Shown: in pieces, positions 41,501-53,607 of the stretch | How the letters are laid out: each line of letters opens with the position of its first letter | Position numbering within the stretch: the first letter of the stretch is position 1 | Source of the DNA: Flectonema sp. DT1601 | Taxonomy: Eukaryota | Direction of reading: 5' to 3' | Assembly (NCBI GenBank): GCA_964019425.1 | Contig: OZ025804.1 | Span: forward strand, 868,001-932,000 | Length of the DNA stretch: 64,000 bases | Program-made: the position numbers and the translations under genes | The notes under the pieces: model-generated | What the model was told of the DNA's origin: nothing | Databases searched by the model: none | Seen by the model: the letters and a program-made list of their open reading frames with translations, nothing else

Positions 41501-44500
41501 ACCACAGAACTCTTATTAAAGGAAAAGTGTCATCTCAGAGACTCGAACTTGTCACTGAGGATGCTACTGTCATTCTCGAACCAGGAAAACTCCCGACACA
41601 GAATGGAGAACCTGGTTTTTGGAGTGCTGGTGGTCACGAGAGTAGTCGAAAGAAGAAGGGAATTTCATCTCACTTTTATTGCAAGTTAGGAAGGAGATCT
41701 ATAAATGTTAATGTTGAGCCAAAGACTAAGGCTGGTCAGATATTTATAAAACCAATCAGAGCTCGAGGATTAATCGCATCTGACTATCACTTTGGAAGAG
41801 ATCGTTCATCAGATCCTTATTGTGAAGTGACGTTGGGTACAGTTGTTGGCAGAACAAAACACATTCTGAATTCCCTCGATCCAGAATGGGGAGATCAGTG
41901 GTTGGAACCTTTCGACTTTCATACGATTAGAGAAGATTTAATTATTTCTATTTATGACTTTGATCTTCTCTCTGAAAATGACTTCCTCGGTCAAGTGGTA
42001 ATCGATCCGGGGACACTTCCTCCTTCAGGAACTCGAACCTTCCCTTTAACATACAGAGATAGATCTGACTTGAAATTAGTGGTTGAGAGAGATTTAAGAA
42101 AAGATGGAAGACCTGACTTTGGAGAAGTCACAATCGAATGGAAACAAGAATTCAACGACACCTTCAACCTGGCAATCAGATCTCCGACTCGCAATTCAAA
42201 CTCTGACGACATCAGAGATGAGGAAGACGAGAAAGATATTTTAGACATCGGAGTTGAAGTTGAAGTACAAATGGGAAGACAATGGGAGAATGGTGTCATC
42301 TCAGGAAGTGATTCGATTCTACTCAACAATGGAACAGAAGTAGACAGAGCGATAACCTGTCGAAGGTACATCGCAGAACCTCCTCCAGTAGGAGCTAGAT
42401 TCGTACTTGAGACAGATGTCATACTAAACGACGTTATCATCGCATCAGCTGGTCAAACTGGATCAGTACTTTCGGGTATGTCTCAGACGGGTAAGATTAG
42501 AACTCACTTTGATTACAGAAATGACTACCTCGATAATCCTGTTTATGTAATTCCTCGAAAATTGAGAATCACAGCAGCTGTTGCGGACAACTGGAAAACA
42601 CAACTTTCGATAATTTTATCGGTTTCTCTGAGTCTTTGTGGAATGGAAAGTGGTCATCGTAAAGAGTTGATGTGCATCACTTTAGAACAGTTTGGTGCTG
42701 AGTTTCTCGTTTCCAAGAGAGGGAGGATGAGTTTCGAGGTATCCGTCGATGACATTCAAATTGACAACACACTTGGGAATGCTAAGTACCCGGTTGTGTT
42801 TTCATTACACAATGACGTTGAGTCAGGATACGGTCTTCAGATAGTAGGTACGAACTTTACTAAAACTAATGCTGGAATTATCGGAGGATATTTAGGAGCG
42901 ATGCTTCTACCCTGCGAGTTTACTGTCACAGATGTGTATCTTCAGACGTTGTACGCGAGTCTGTTACCTTTCTTAAAACTTCATTCACAAACTGATGCTG
43001 CAGTCATTCAGGAGATTTGTCGGCTCCAAACAGACTACGCGAGGGCTGAAGACGATGACCCTTTTGTGTACATCAGAGAGATGGAAATAACTCAAACAGC
43101 CGTCTCACTTGGGTTCCGATCTCTTGGAGTTCAAAAGAATGGACAGGCATTGCGATGGCTGTCAGCTTTAGGAATGCGATTGGCGCAGATCGAAGGAGCT
43201 GTTTTTCAATTTCAACAATTTCCGAAAGAATCACCTCTCTATTGTCATGTCAGAGAATTAAATAGCATGCTGACTAAACATTATATTATGGATGGTTTAC
43301 TTGCTAATCTGGTAGCTACTGTTTCTGCTTCACAAGTTTTAGGCAATCCAGGAAGAGCATTATACCTAATAAAAGAAGGGACTGCTGACTTGGTAAGACA
43401 ACCCATGCGGGGAGCTCTTCTAGGACCGCGAGGATTCTTTAAAGGTGTTGGTCTGGGTGGTGCGTCATTCTTATATGGATTAGCAGGAGGAACATTATCA
43501 TTCTTAGGTAGAGTAACTGGTAACTTAGCAGGTGTGATAGATGTTATTGGTATCGATAAGAAGACTGAAAGAGAAGAACGCAACAGAAGAATGCAAAAAG
43601 ACCCGATTACCTTTAGAGTTGGTCTTAAAGACGGAGCTAAACTATTTACTTCTTCAGTAGTAAGTGCCGTGACTGGTTTAGCTCAAAGACCTGTTGACGG
43701 ATATCACAGAGATGGTTGGATAGGAGCAGCAAAAGGAACTGGAAAAGGTCTCGTTGGAATTATAATAAAACCTATCCAAGGTGCTTTTCAATTCTTTACA
43801 AAAGCAGTTGGAGGTGCAGCAAACAACCTGGCAGAAGGACGAGAAAAAGCACGAGAGAGAAAACGCAACCCTCGCGTATTCGTAGACGGCAATATATTAC
43901 CTCACGATGAATCATCCAGAAACCGAGTCTTCGCACTGCTATGTAAATTAGACCCTTCAAGGTATCATTCAGAGGCGTATGAATATCATATAAATGGTCT
44001 TCCTCCTATTGAACATGTTTTAACAACAAGTTACATATCATCGATATCCGAAGCAGTAGTAGTGTTCTCACTAAAGTATTCGGATGTTAAATTCATCGTA
44101 GCTCCCAACAGAGCCACCAGTCTCAGGATTCATCATTCGATACAGTTTCCTAATTTTATTTCAGACAATACGACGGTTTCGTTTGCAACACATGAAAACT
44201 GTTCGAAATTCTTAGTGATGTTAAAAAGATTTCATCCGAGTATTAGTGTTTACACAAACATGAATAAAATGATACTAAGAATGATGGAAAGTAGTGACCT
44301 CATTGAGATTGACGCGACTCTCAACACTACATTTCTAACTGAAGCAGAAGACATTAAAGCAGTCGCGGCAATGCGTCATTTTGGAGGACCTTTTGCTGAT
44401 GATGATGATATTGATGAAGACTGGGAACTCGAACCCGACATCAACGAGAAGGTCTACAGTTCTGAAGCCCCTCCAATGGTTGGTGAGAAGCGAATCGCAG

Positions 44501-44589
44501 ACCCCGTCGTGACCAGCAATGACGCGACTATCGCAATCCGATCGATGAAACAATCAGCTGCCTGCTGTGAGTGTTGTGCTATTCTTTGA
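14570..44589 (+). CDS. VPS13: Giant VPS13-family bridge-like lipid transfer protein, 3 exons, ~9,312 aa
   Basis: Exons 14570-16643, 16916-26016 and 27826-44589 join in frame (phase 1, then phase 0; 27,939 nt). Chorein-like start (KYVD...GEIEFNDVGL...GLIKTIGIQLPW). HFNTYSGAWEPIL motif. VAB/SHR-BD-like repeats (FWILNQT, PIRIINNT). C2 domain (SDPYCEV...DFLGQV). IQIDN motif and an ATG2_C-like Gly-rich helical region (GFFKGVGLG...GAAKGTGKGLVGIIIKP). Confidence 0.88.
26044..27774 (+). mobile_element. piggyBac-superfamily DNA transposon (1,731 bp, non-autonomous/decayed) in VPS13 intron 2
   Basis: TTAA target duplication at 26040-26043 and 27775-27778. 17-bp terminal inverted repeats CCCATTAAGGACGGGGG / CCCCCGTCCGTAATGGG with one mismatch. 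Sub-terminal inverted motif AAAACCCGG/CCGGGTTTT. Transposase fragments inside. Confidence 0.95.
26250..27435 (+). pseudogene. Disrupted piggyBac (PGBD-like) transposase
   Basis: Fragments HWVTFDNF, GFHCVGTA*, KWRDSKDVHLFST, YTKTMGGVNLMD, KRWHLKVFDYLL and a C-terminal Cys/His cluster (CKYH..TTYGCQG*KVFMCPAPCFGKYH), broken by stops and frameshifts. Confidence 0.88.
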
Positions 44590-45590
44590 GTACTACAACT
44601 GTCTTATTTTATAAAACACTTTTTTTGTACTCCCCTCCCCTTGTCTCGTTTCAGCAGAGATTCCTCTACTGAATCCTAATATTAAAGTTGTTGTAATCAC
44701 TGAAGATGAATAACTTACACGTATCTAAACTACACTAAAGATTCTTCTTATTGTTATAATTGAGTTCTTATTCTCTAACAATTTGTTACAGTAGTAGTGA
44801 ACTATGTGTACCATGTGAGTACTTGTATGTATTGATTGCTTTCTTTAATAGTCAGTAGTCATTGCGGTTCAGTTAACCTTTTTTTTCTAAGCAAGCACTC
44901 AAAACTTGTCCTGTCAGTAGCTGTTGCTATTCGGACCTTCTTGGAGAGGCTGCGCTGTGTGTTGTTCACACAAATGTGAGTTAAATTCTTGTTTCTTAAT
45001 TTGCATTGTCTTTCGTACTAATATTGAGTCGGGATTCATATGTACCTGTTTGCTCTTATGAAGTACGCAGATATCCAATTTCTGTGGAAGCCCTTTTTGC
45101 TTCTGAATGGAACCATGCGGTTGCTTCCTGTCCTTAAATAATTTTTTTCGTTACTCTCGGGTAATGTACATGGGGGCGATAGATTTTTTTTTTCTCCCTC
45201 CGTTCCCCTTTCTCATTCAACAAAATTCCTTTTTTTTTTTTTTTTTTATATATCAAAATTCAACTAAGTAAATCGCCCTTTCTTTAGAGTTAAAAATATC
45301 CTTATAGAACAGTATCTTTGAAAGTAAAGAACGAAACAAACAACAAAGATAAAAAAAATTTATGAAAAAAAAAAAAAAAAAAAAAGAACAGTAATTAACT
45401 AATAATAAAGCAAAAGTCACAAAACCTTAACCTGTAGCCTTTCTGTTTTGTCTCAATGATGGAACCGATGACTGATGTGATAATTTTTAATCTCCTTGAG
45501 CCAGCCATCATAATTGTGAACTATAAAAAGTGAAGATGAATTTAATTTTTTTTTTCTCACTTTTTTTTTTCCATCAGTTCGATAACAAAC

Positions 45591-46451
45591 ATGACGAAGA
45601 CACGAGCGCAATTCATGGCTGAAATGGGACTCGAAGAGGCAGACCTCGAACCTCCAATGCACATCAATAAAATAGTTTGTATTTATTATTACCATTACAG
45701 CAAGTCGTGTATTGTTTTACAACATAAAAACCTAAAACAGCCTTCAACAGGAAATGCTGTTGACGACTCGATGATAAGAAGTGTTCCACTGTACGACACT
45801 AGTCTGTTGGAGTCTTTGTATGTGTTGTTTCTGTTTTACTGTTTGAGAATCACTTATTAGACTCAATAATTAAAATAAAACAGAAAAGCTGAACAATGCG
45901 TCAGTAAGGCTACCAGCAAACCAGTCGCGGGTTGTGATATTTCTGGAAATGAATATTTACGGCAAGAGCTTTCCAGGTTTCGGTCATCTCGCGGTCACGA
46001 AGGATATCAAGCTGATGGTCAACTCATACCTGCGGAAGAAGAACCTGAAACACTTCCTCCTTTAATAACAGAAGCTCCTGATTATGCTAAACTTGGTTAC
46101 GATGGACACGCTGCTCAGAATTATAAACAAGAACTACTTGATACATTTCGTAAGAGAAAAGAACAAGGATTAGTCGTAACGGCAGAACAGGAGAATCAAG
46201 TGGCAGAGGCGGAGGCAGAAGAAGAAGCAAAGTCGAAACCAACAAAAGAGGAAGAAGAAGGTCAGCATCCAATTCCATCAACCGAGGAGTCTGTTCCTGC
46301 AACAGAACAACAAGTGGAACAGTCGGGAAATGAAGAACCTTCAGAGTCGACTGAAAAACCTCAACCGGAAACAGAACAACAACAACAAGAAAACCCGCCC
46401 ACACAAACATCTGAAGCAGCGACACCTGCAGAGCAGCAACCTGCTGAATAA
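45591..46451 (+). CDS. Unknown protein with an acidic E/Q/P-rich C-terminal tail, 3 exons, 242 aa
   Basis: Exons 45591-45674, 45741-45817 and 45884-46451 join in frame through two 66-nt GT..AACAG introns. Confidence 0.75.
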
Positions 46452-46960
46452 CTCTTCTGATGATCAAATGATTCTAATTTACACAACACAACACACAGAG
46501 AGGACTCATTCAACAGAAGTGTTGAGTTCCCAAATCCGAATGAGAGTCGCCATCTGTTTGCTTACTTTTTAGTAAAGCAAAGAACTTGTCACTCGCATGG
46601 TGATGACAGTCAATATTCCAGTTATAGTTATCTCTGGTGAGTCCTCCTCTCCTCTAATAATCAAATCGTTTGTAGCGTTGATTGTTTGATAATTTAATTG
46701 TTGTCATCTTCTCGCTCAGTTTCGTTACCCTTCATTCACCCCCTCCGATCTTTATGTTATTTACTAATGAGTTCTATTGAAGTGTTGTTTTTAATTAGTT
46801 TTTTTATATATATTTTTTTATTGTTTCTTCAGATTTCGGGAATACCAACAGTTGACTGATGACAATAATGAAAAACCTCTTTTTGTAATATTTCATTGAA
46901 TTCTATTTTTTTTTAATTTTTCTTCTTTTTAAGGTTACTAAAAAAAAGACTTTGTAGAAA

Positions 46961-47482
46961 ATGTCTAGCGAAGAAGCTGGAAAGAAAAAGCAACAAGGAG
47001 GAAAATGCCCCAGCAGAATGCAAATGGATTTGACTGACGAGCAAGAAGCAGACTTGAAAGAAGCATTTCATTTACTAGACAGTGAAGGATATGGTACTAT
47101 TGACGCCAGAGACTTGAAGGTCGCATTGAGAGCTCTGGGATACGAACCACAAAAAGATAAAATGAAAAAAATTATTTCTGAAATTGACAAAGACTCGATG
47201 TCTGGAACACTTTTATACGAAGAGTTTAAAAGAATTATGACAGAGAAGCTGTTCGACTACGAGAATGAAGAAGAGATTCAAATCGCCTTTCCACTCTTTA
47301 CCGGAGGCCGGTCGAATTATATTACAGTAAATGATCTAAAAAGAGTTGCGGAAGAACTGGGTGAAAACCTGACAGAAGAAGTCTTCCAAGAAATGATAAG
47401 AGAAGCAGACGTCATCGATCACGACGGAATGATCTCAGCCGAGGAATTCCATCGCGTGATGAAGAGAGAAAACGCCTACTAA
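46961..47482 (+). CDS. Centrin/caltractin-family EF-hand protein
   Basis: Motifs [48 protein letters not shown] and [11 protein letters not shown]. Confidence 0.92.
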   Translation: MSSEEAGKKKQQGGKCPSRMQMDLTDEQEADLKEAFHLLDSEGYGTIDARDLKVALRALGYEPQKDKMKKIISEIDKDSMSGTLLYEEFKRIMTEKLFDYENEEEIQIAFPLFTGGRSNYITVNDLKRVAEELGENLTEEVFQEMIREADVIDHDGMISAEEFHRVMKRENAY

Positions 47483-47862
47483 AATGACACATCAAAATGA
47501 CGATATTTACACCGACAGTAACAAAAAAAAAGGTTCTTTTAAATTGAACCAATTGATAACAGTCATTCGTATTCACTTTACTCTTCAGCTGACGCACCTG
47601 TTTATAATCCCCCTTCCCAAACAAACAAGTTAAGGTTTCTGGTCTTGTCTTTCAATCATAAAGTGATCTTATGGTTTAGTAGTAATAACTTCCTCTAATA
47701 ACTTTATGTAGCAGTCCGATTTCGGTACTTGTGATACTTATTTGATGAATACGAACACAAATATATTTCTAACACAGAAGAAGGGGAGGCAATGAGAAGG
47801 TTAGTTAATCTTAGTAAAGTTGTGCAGTTTGTTGTTTAGTTTTATTTTTTTTTCAGTTCGCT

Positions 47863-48303
47863 ATGGCAATGCATCGTTTCCTATCACTCACCAGACAGTT
47901 GACCACAAGAAGTGTTTTGCAACCACAAGTTCGGTATTGCAGTAGGCCAGCAGGGGAAGGTAACGACACAATATTTGGAAGCATTCTCCGTGGAGAGATC
48001 CCTTGTGATAAAGTGTATGAAGATGATGAGGTGCTGGCTTTCAATGATGTGGCCCCAGCCGCTCCAATCCACGTCTTAGTAATTCCAAAGCGAAGGATAA
48101 ACGGGATCAGTAAGGCAGCCGAGACGGATGCTGAGACGTTGGGGAAACTGCTACTGGCTGCGAAAAAAGTAGCAGAAAAAATGAAAATTGACGAAGAGGG
48201 TTATCGTCTTGTGATAAACGATGGTAAGCAGGGCGGGCAAACTGTTCATCACATTCATGTTCACGTCATGGGAGGTAGAAAGATGACATGGCCACCTGGT
48301 TAA
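47863..48303 (+). CDS. HINT: Histidine triad nucleotide-binding protein (HINT family) with a probable mitochondrial presequence
   Basis: Motifs DTIFGSILRGEIPCDKVYEDD, GQTVHHIHVHVMGGR and C-terminal WPPG. Arg-rich N-terminal extension. Confidence 0.93.
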   Translation: MAMHRFLSLTRQLTTRSVLQPQVRYCSRPAGEGNDTIFGSILRGEIPCDKVYEDDEVLAFNDVAPAAPIHVLVIPKRRINGISKAAETDAETLGKLLLAAKKVAEKMKIDEEGYRLVINDGKQGGQTVHHIHVHVMGGRKMTWPPG

Positions 48304-48551
48304 GATTTGAGTTCTTATAATCTACGCCACTAGTGATGAGATACAACAAGGGTACTCCTCAATTACTGTAGGAGAGTCTGTCTCCAGTTTATTCTGGTTA
48401 CACAGGTAGTGTTTTTCGTGTACTTCTTTTCTCTTTTTCTTTTATAACAAATTAACGATCGATATGACACTCGTACACCCAAACACGGTGATTGTTATGT
48501 TGTAGATAAATATTATTATATTTTAAAGTTGTTAACGCACCCCAACACAAA

Positions 48552-49403
48552 ATGGGAGACTCTGCCTACTCGTTCTCGCTGACTACTTTCAGTCCGCAGG
48601 GAAAGCTACTACAGATTGACTACGCTATGCAAGCAGTTAATAAAGTGGGAGGTATCGCTATTGGGATTAAAGCATCGGATGGTATTTGTTTAGTAACAGA
48701 GAGAAGATCAATTCCTTTATTAGATGTCGAGTCAGCGCAGAAGATGCAAACTCTCGACGAGCACGTTGGATGTGTGTACTCGGGAATGGTTGCTGACGCG
48801 AGATTATTATTTACAAAAGCGAGACAGCACTGTCAACAATACAAAGCAACTTACGGTATACCAATTCCTGTTGGACAATTAGTGAGGAAAATAGCTGACT
48901 GCGTTCAGGAGTATACACAATCTAACGGTGTTAGGCCATTTGGATGTTGTCTTTTGGTATCTGGTGTTGACGATATGGGTCATCACCTTTACCAAATTGA
49001 CCCATCTGGACTCTTCATCGCCTGGAAGGCAACTGCAATTGGTAAGGGAGCACCTAACGCAAAAACAACACTTGAGAAGAGATACACTGCAGATATGGAA
49101 GTAGAAGATGCTATCGGAACAGCAATTAAGAGTTTAGAGAACGAGTATGTGATTATTATTTTATTTTTGCTACGTGAAAAAACCATCGATCGCAATAACA
49201 ACAACCGACCAACAGGAGTGACGGTAAGCCAGAAATTGAAGTAGCGAAAGTGTACGATGGAAAATTTCAAATTCTATCTGCTGAGACAGTTGCCATGTAC
49301 ATTGAAGAGGTATTCTTATCAAAAACATAACAAACAAATTTCTTGATATCAATGTTAATATTTCATTCTCTAAACAAATTTAAAACAGTTGAACGCGAAA
49401 TAG
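48552..49403 (+). CDS. PSMA2: 20S proteasome subunit alpha type-2, 3 exons, 233 aa
   Basis: Exons 48552-49144, 49216-49309 and 49389-49403. Motifs YSFSLTTFSPQGKLLQIDYA, QEYTQSNGVRPFG and WKATAIGK. Confidence 0.93.
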
Positions 49404-50303
49404 AATTCTTCGGCTTCAGTCAGTGTGGTCTCCAAAAGTACAAACGTTGATAACGAGAAGCGACGTCTTCCCCCCGTTAGAGTATTTTTAACAGAAAAAA
49501 AGTAAAGCACCGTAGAAGAAGAACGGATTTCCCAGACCCTAACTTTAGTGTTTTTTTTCCTAACCAACCGAATTTAAGAAAAGAAAAAAGAAAATAACTT
49601 AAGTGCTGAATGTTCTAAAATGATCCTTAAAAAAACACTCGATTTTTTAAGAAAATTGAGGGGACTAGAAAAAAAAAAAAAGAAAAAAAAGAACGAAATA
49701 AGAGTTAAGTAAAAAAAAAAAAAAAAAAAGGAACAAATAAATAACAGTGCCAACATTATGACACCCGAAGTGTTTTTCTTAACTTGGGCTTAGAAATTTG
49801 TCCACAGATCTTCTCAAGGGAGGCATACGTTATCCTGATACTGCCTTACACGAGTTGCATAAGGGCTACAGACGTGTTCTCAACTGCGTAGATCCGGTGT
49901 TCTTATATTGGTTGCCCGCTATTTGAGTTGTAGCCTTCTGAATATTTTAAGTACAACAACAACTACTACTACAGGGTCCCGTCGTAATCATGGGAGGCGT
50001 TACCATCGAAGACAACACTATCAACAAGTATTGGCAGAGACTCAGTATTAGTGTTAGTCAGTTTATAGTGAGAACCGTTTTAGTTAAAGAGAGAATAATT
50101 ACTTACAATTCTTACTCAGGAAGGATACCCCAACGGGCAAAGTAGACAATCGAAATAGATTTTTACAACTCCCTCAGGTCGTTTTATTATTAATTCGTAT
50201 CTTCTATCTCCCATTCAGATATCATAGTTTTCGAGTGGCCGCGACCACCCGTATATTGAGGAACGCATTTAAGAGCGTCGAATCTCATCCGAACTTCAAT
50301 AAA

Positions 50304-53300
50304 ATGCCAACATCAAAGCCATGGACCCCAGCTGCGGGGAAGAAGAAGCTGAACAAGGAAATGGAAAAGGGATTCAACCCAATTGAGATTGAGAAGGAAT
50401 GGTACAACTGGTGGGAGAAGAGTGGATTCTTTAAGCCAAGAAGTGACTTTGAGCCGTGGCCAAAGGAGAGAGTTGAAAAGGAAGGACAGTTTGTTATTTG
50501 CCTTCCTCCACCAAACGTAACAGGAAGTCTTCATATCGGACACGCTCTTACGAATGCCGTGCAGGACTCTCTTACCAGATGGAGGAGAATGAAGGGAGAG
50601 AACGTGTTATGGGTTCCAGGTACCGATCACGCTGGTATCGCCACTCAGGTTATCGTTGAACGTAAGCTCAAGAGAGAAGAGAACAAGTCGCGTCATGACA
50701 TCGGACGTGAAGCTTTCCTTGAGAAGATTTGGGAATGGAAGCGTGAGAAGGCAGGAACTATTCACGACCAATTAAGAAGAACTGCTTCATCCCTTGACTG
50801 GGACCGTGAGTTCTTTACCATGGACGAACCTAGAGCTGCTGCTGTTACTGAAGCATTCACAACTCTTCACGATAAGGGAATTATCTTCAGAGACACAAGA
50901 CTGGTTCATTGGTGTGTAGCATTGCAATCAGCTATTTCTGACCTCGAGGTTGACCACAAAGAGTTCACCTTGGAAGAGGATGAGTCTCATAGAAAGATAA
51001 GTGTTCCAGGTTACGATAAACCAATCCCAGTCGCACTTATCTACAACTTCTACTACGAAGTTGAGGGAACTGGTGAGAAACTTGAGATCGCAACAACACG
51101 TCCTGAAACTATTTTAGGTGACACTGCTGTAGCTGTCCATCCTAAGGATCCAAGATACGTTCATCTTCATAAGAAACGTGTTAAGTGTCCTTTCAGAGAT
51201 GAATTCATTCCAATTGTGACTGATGACATTACTGTTGATATGGCTTTCGGTACTGGTGTTGTGAAGATTACTCCTGCTCATGACCAAAACGATTTTGAGT
51301 GTGGTAAGCGTCACAAACTTCCGGAGCTTATTATGATGGATAAGAACGGTTTAATCTCAATGGAAGGTCCATTCAAAGGACAGAAGAGATTCGACTGTCG
51401 ATTCAACATCATTAAGGCTCTTGAAGAGAAAGGTCTTTATAAAGGAAAAGCTCCTCATGCGATGTCTATCGGATGTTGTCAAAGGTCTGGAGACATTATT
51501 GAGAAATATCTAATGCCTCAATGGTTCATGAAGTGTGACGACATGGCTGCCCGCTCTTTAAAAGAAGAACAAACTGGTAACTTGAAACTAATCCCAAAGA
51601 GATATTCAAACACTTGGCACAAGTGGTTATCTGAGATCCGTCCTTGGTGTATCTCTAGACAACTTTGGTGGGGACATCGTATTCCTGCTTACCAATGTTC
51701 AATGAAGGATGGATGCACTGAAAACACTGTCCCTAGTGACGACGCCCTAAACTGGGTCTCCGGCCGCACAGAAGAAGAAGCCCGTCAGAAGGCCGTGAAG
51801 AAGTACGCGATCAAGCCAGAGAACGAGAAGTTCCTTGAAATGGTTAGAGACGAAGATGTTCTCGACACCTGGTTCAGTTCGGGTTTGTTGCCGCACTCTG
51901 CTCTCGGATGGCCAAATGTAGAGCACCCGGATTTCAAGCAATTCTTCCCAACTACATTACTCGAAACCGGACACGATATTCTCTTCTTCTGGGTCGCAAG
52001 AATGGTAATGACCAGTCTTCAGTTCCTCGACAAACTTCCATTTGAGCACGTGTACCTCCACGCTATGGTTCGTGACAAGATTGGTCGTAAGATGTCGAAG
52101 TCTCTGGGTAACGTTATTGATCCTTTAGACGTCACCAGAGGTATTTCATTAGAAGACCTTCACAAGGCTTTGGTTAATGGAAACCTTCCAGAGAAAGAAG
52201 TTGAGAAGGCAAAGAAGACACAAACTCAAATGTTTCCAAAGGGAATCCCTGAGTGTGGATCTGATGCACTTCGTATGGGACTGTTGTCTCACACTTCAGG
52301 TGGTAAAGATGTTTGTTTGGATGTTAAAGATATCGAAGAGAACAGATTCTTCTGCAACAAGTTGTGGAACGCTGTTCGTTACGCCATGCAGAGTCTTTCA
52401 GAAGGGTACACTGCACCTTCTGATGCCGAGGTTGAGAAGTTGATCGGACAACCACCACTTCTAAACACAGAAGGAGATCCATTCGTTGCCTGGAGCGAGA
52501 ATGCTTTGGTTGACTCCGCCACCAGACAGCTGAGAAGCAGATGCAGCGGATCAAGACCTGTCACATCGAACAAAGAATTCGGTCTTCCATTTGCCTGCCA
52601 CTGGATTATCTCTCGTCTTGACTACGCTATCAATGAGGTCAGTACTCAGTGGCACAACTATGGATTTTCTGAAGTTGTCCACACTCTTAAGAACTTCTTA
52701 GTCAATGAATTCTGCTCTGTCTTTCTTGAGATGACTAAACCAGTCCTGCAGAGTGAGACTCCTCACCCAGATGCTGTTGTATACCAGCACACATTGTATT
52801 TGTGTTTGGAATATGGATTCAGACTTATTCATCCACTTCTACCGTTCGTGTCGGAGGAACTTTGGCAAATGCTTCCTGGAGAGAGATCAGCACCATCGAT
52901 TATGGTTGCTGACTACCCAACACCAATTGGATGGGCTAATGTTGGAATTGATAACAGAATGAAAGATGTACTCGCCATCACTAGAACTGTTCGTCAGGTT
53001 AAGCAAGCCTACCAACTGAAGCCAAGAGAAGCCGACGTCACTAAGAGACCTAAAATCACTCTTGCAGCAAAGAAGGAACACCACGAACTTCTCAACGAGT
53101 TGAAGAACATTATTCAGGGAGTTGAATTCACTGGCGACATCACTGTTGCTGATTATGATACTGCTCTCCCAGAAGGTCACGTACCACAGGTTGCTACAAC
53201 GACTATTAAGCTCTACATTCAGGTAAAGGAACACATTGATGCCAAGAAGGAAGTTGCTCGTTTCGACAAACAAATTGTATGTACTTTTTCTTGTCCTCAC

Positions 53301-53607
53301 CCACCAGATTATTATGTCAGAATCGTTAAAAACAATCTCACCAACAGAACATTTTACAAAAGTCATTGGACTCAACTGAGAAGAAGATGAAGGTTCCAAC
53401 ATACGCGGAAAGAGTACCTGCCAACGTTAGAGAAGCCGACGCTGAAAAGGTGAAGACACTTGCGGTATGTTCTGCTGATAACAATTTCATGTCTCATATC
53501 AAAGGTAACGTGGGTATCGATGAACTGTTGTTAACAAACAAAATAAAAAACAGATCCAAATCAAGGAGACCAAGGCAGCGAGAGATATTATCGCTAGTTG
53601 GCAATGA
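50304..53607 (+). CDS. VARS: Valyl-tRNA synthetase, 3 exons, 1,047 aa from the first ATG
   Basis: Exons 50304-53276, 53348-53464 and 53554-53607. Motifs PPPNVTGSLHIGH, DHAGIATQ, WCISRQLWWGHRIP and KMSKS. Confidence 0.96.

Noticed and set aside
17142..44553. Numerous 60-150-aa antisense or alternate-frame ORFs within VPS13 (and likewise in ValRS, PLC and the protease)
   Set aside because: These are the expected shadows of long coding sequences and show no motifs.
14537..44589. Treating the 733-, 3023- and 5564-aa ORFs as three separate genes
   Set aside because: Canonical donors and AACAG acceptors join them in frame, and VPS13 N- and C-terminal hallmarks lie in the first and last ORFs respectively. 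RNA confirmation is still needed.
48330..48400. Box C-like GTGATGA downstream of HINT (similar motif near 53710)
   Set aside because: No suitably placed CTGA box D or terminal stem was found.
49860..49940. Imperfect hairpin AAGGGCTACA...TGTAGCCTT between PSMA2 and ValRS
   Set aside because: It is a single short stem with no recognisable snoRNA or tRNA boxes, and could arise by chance.
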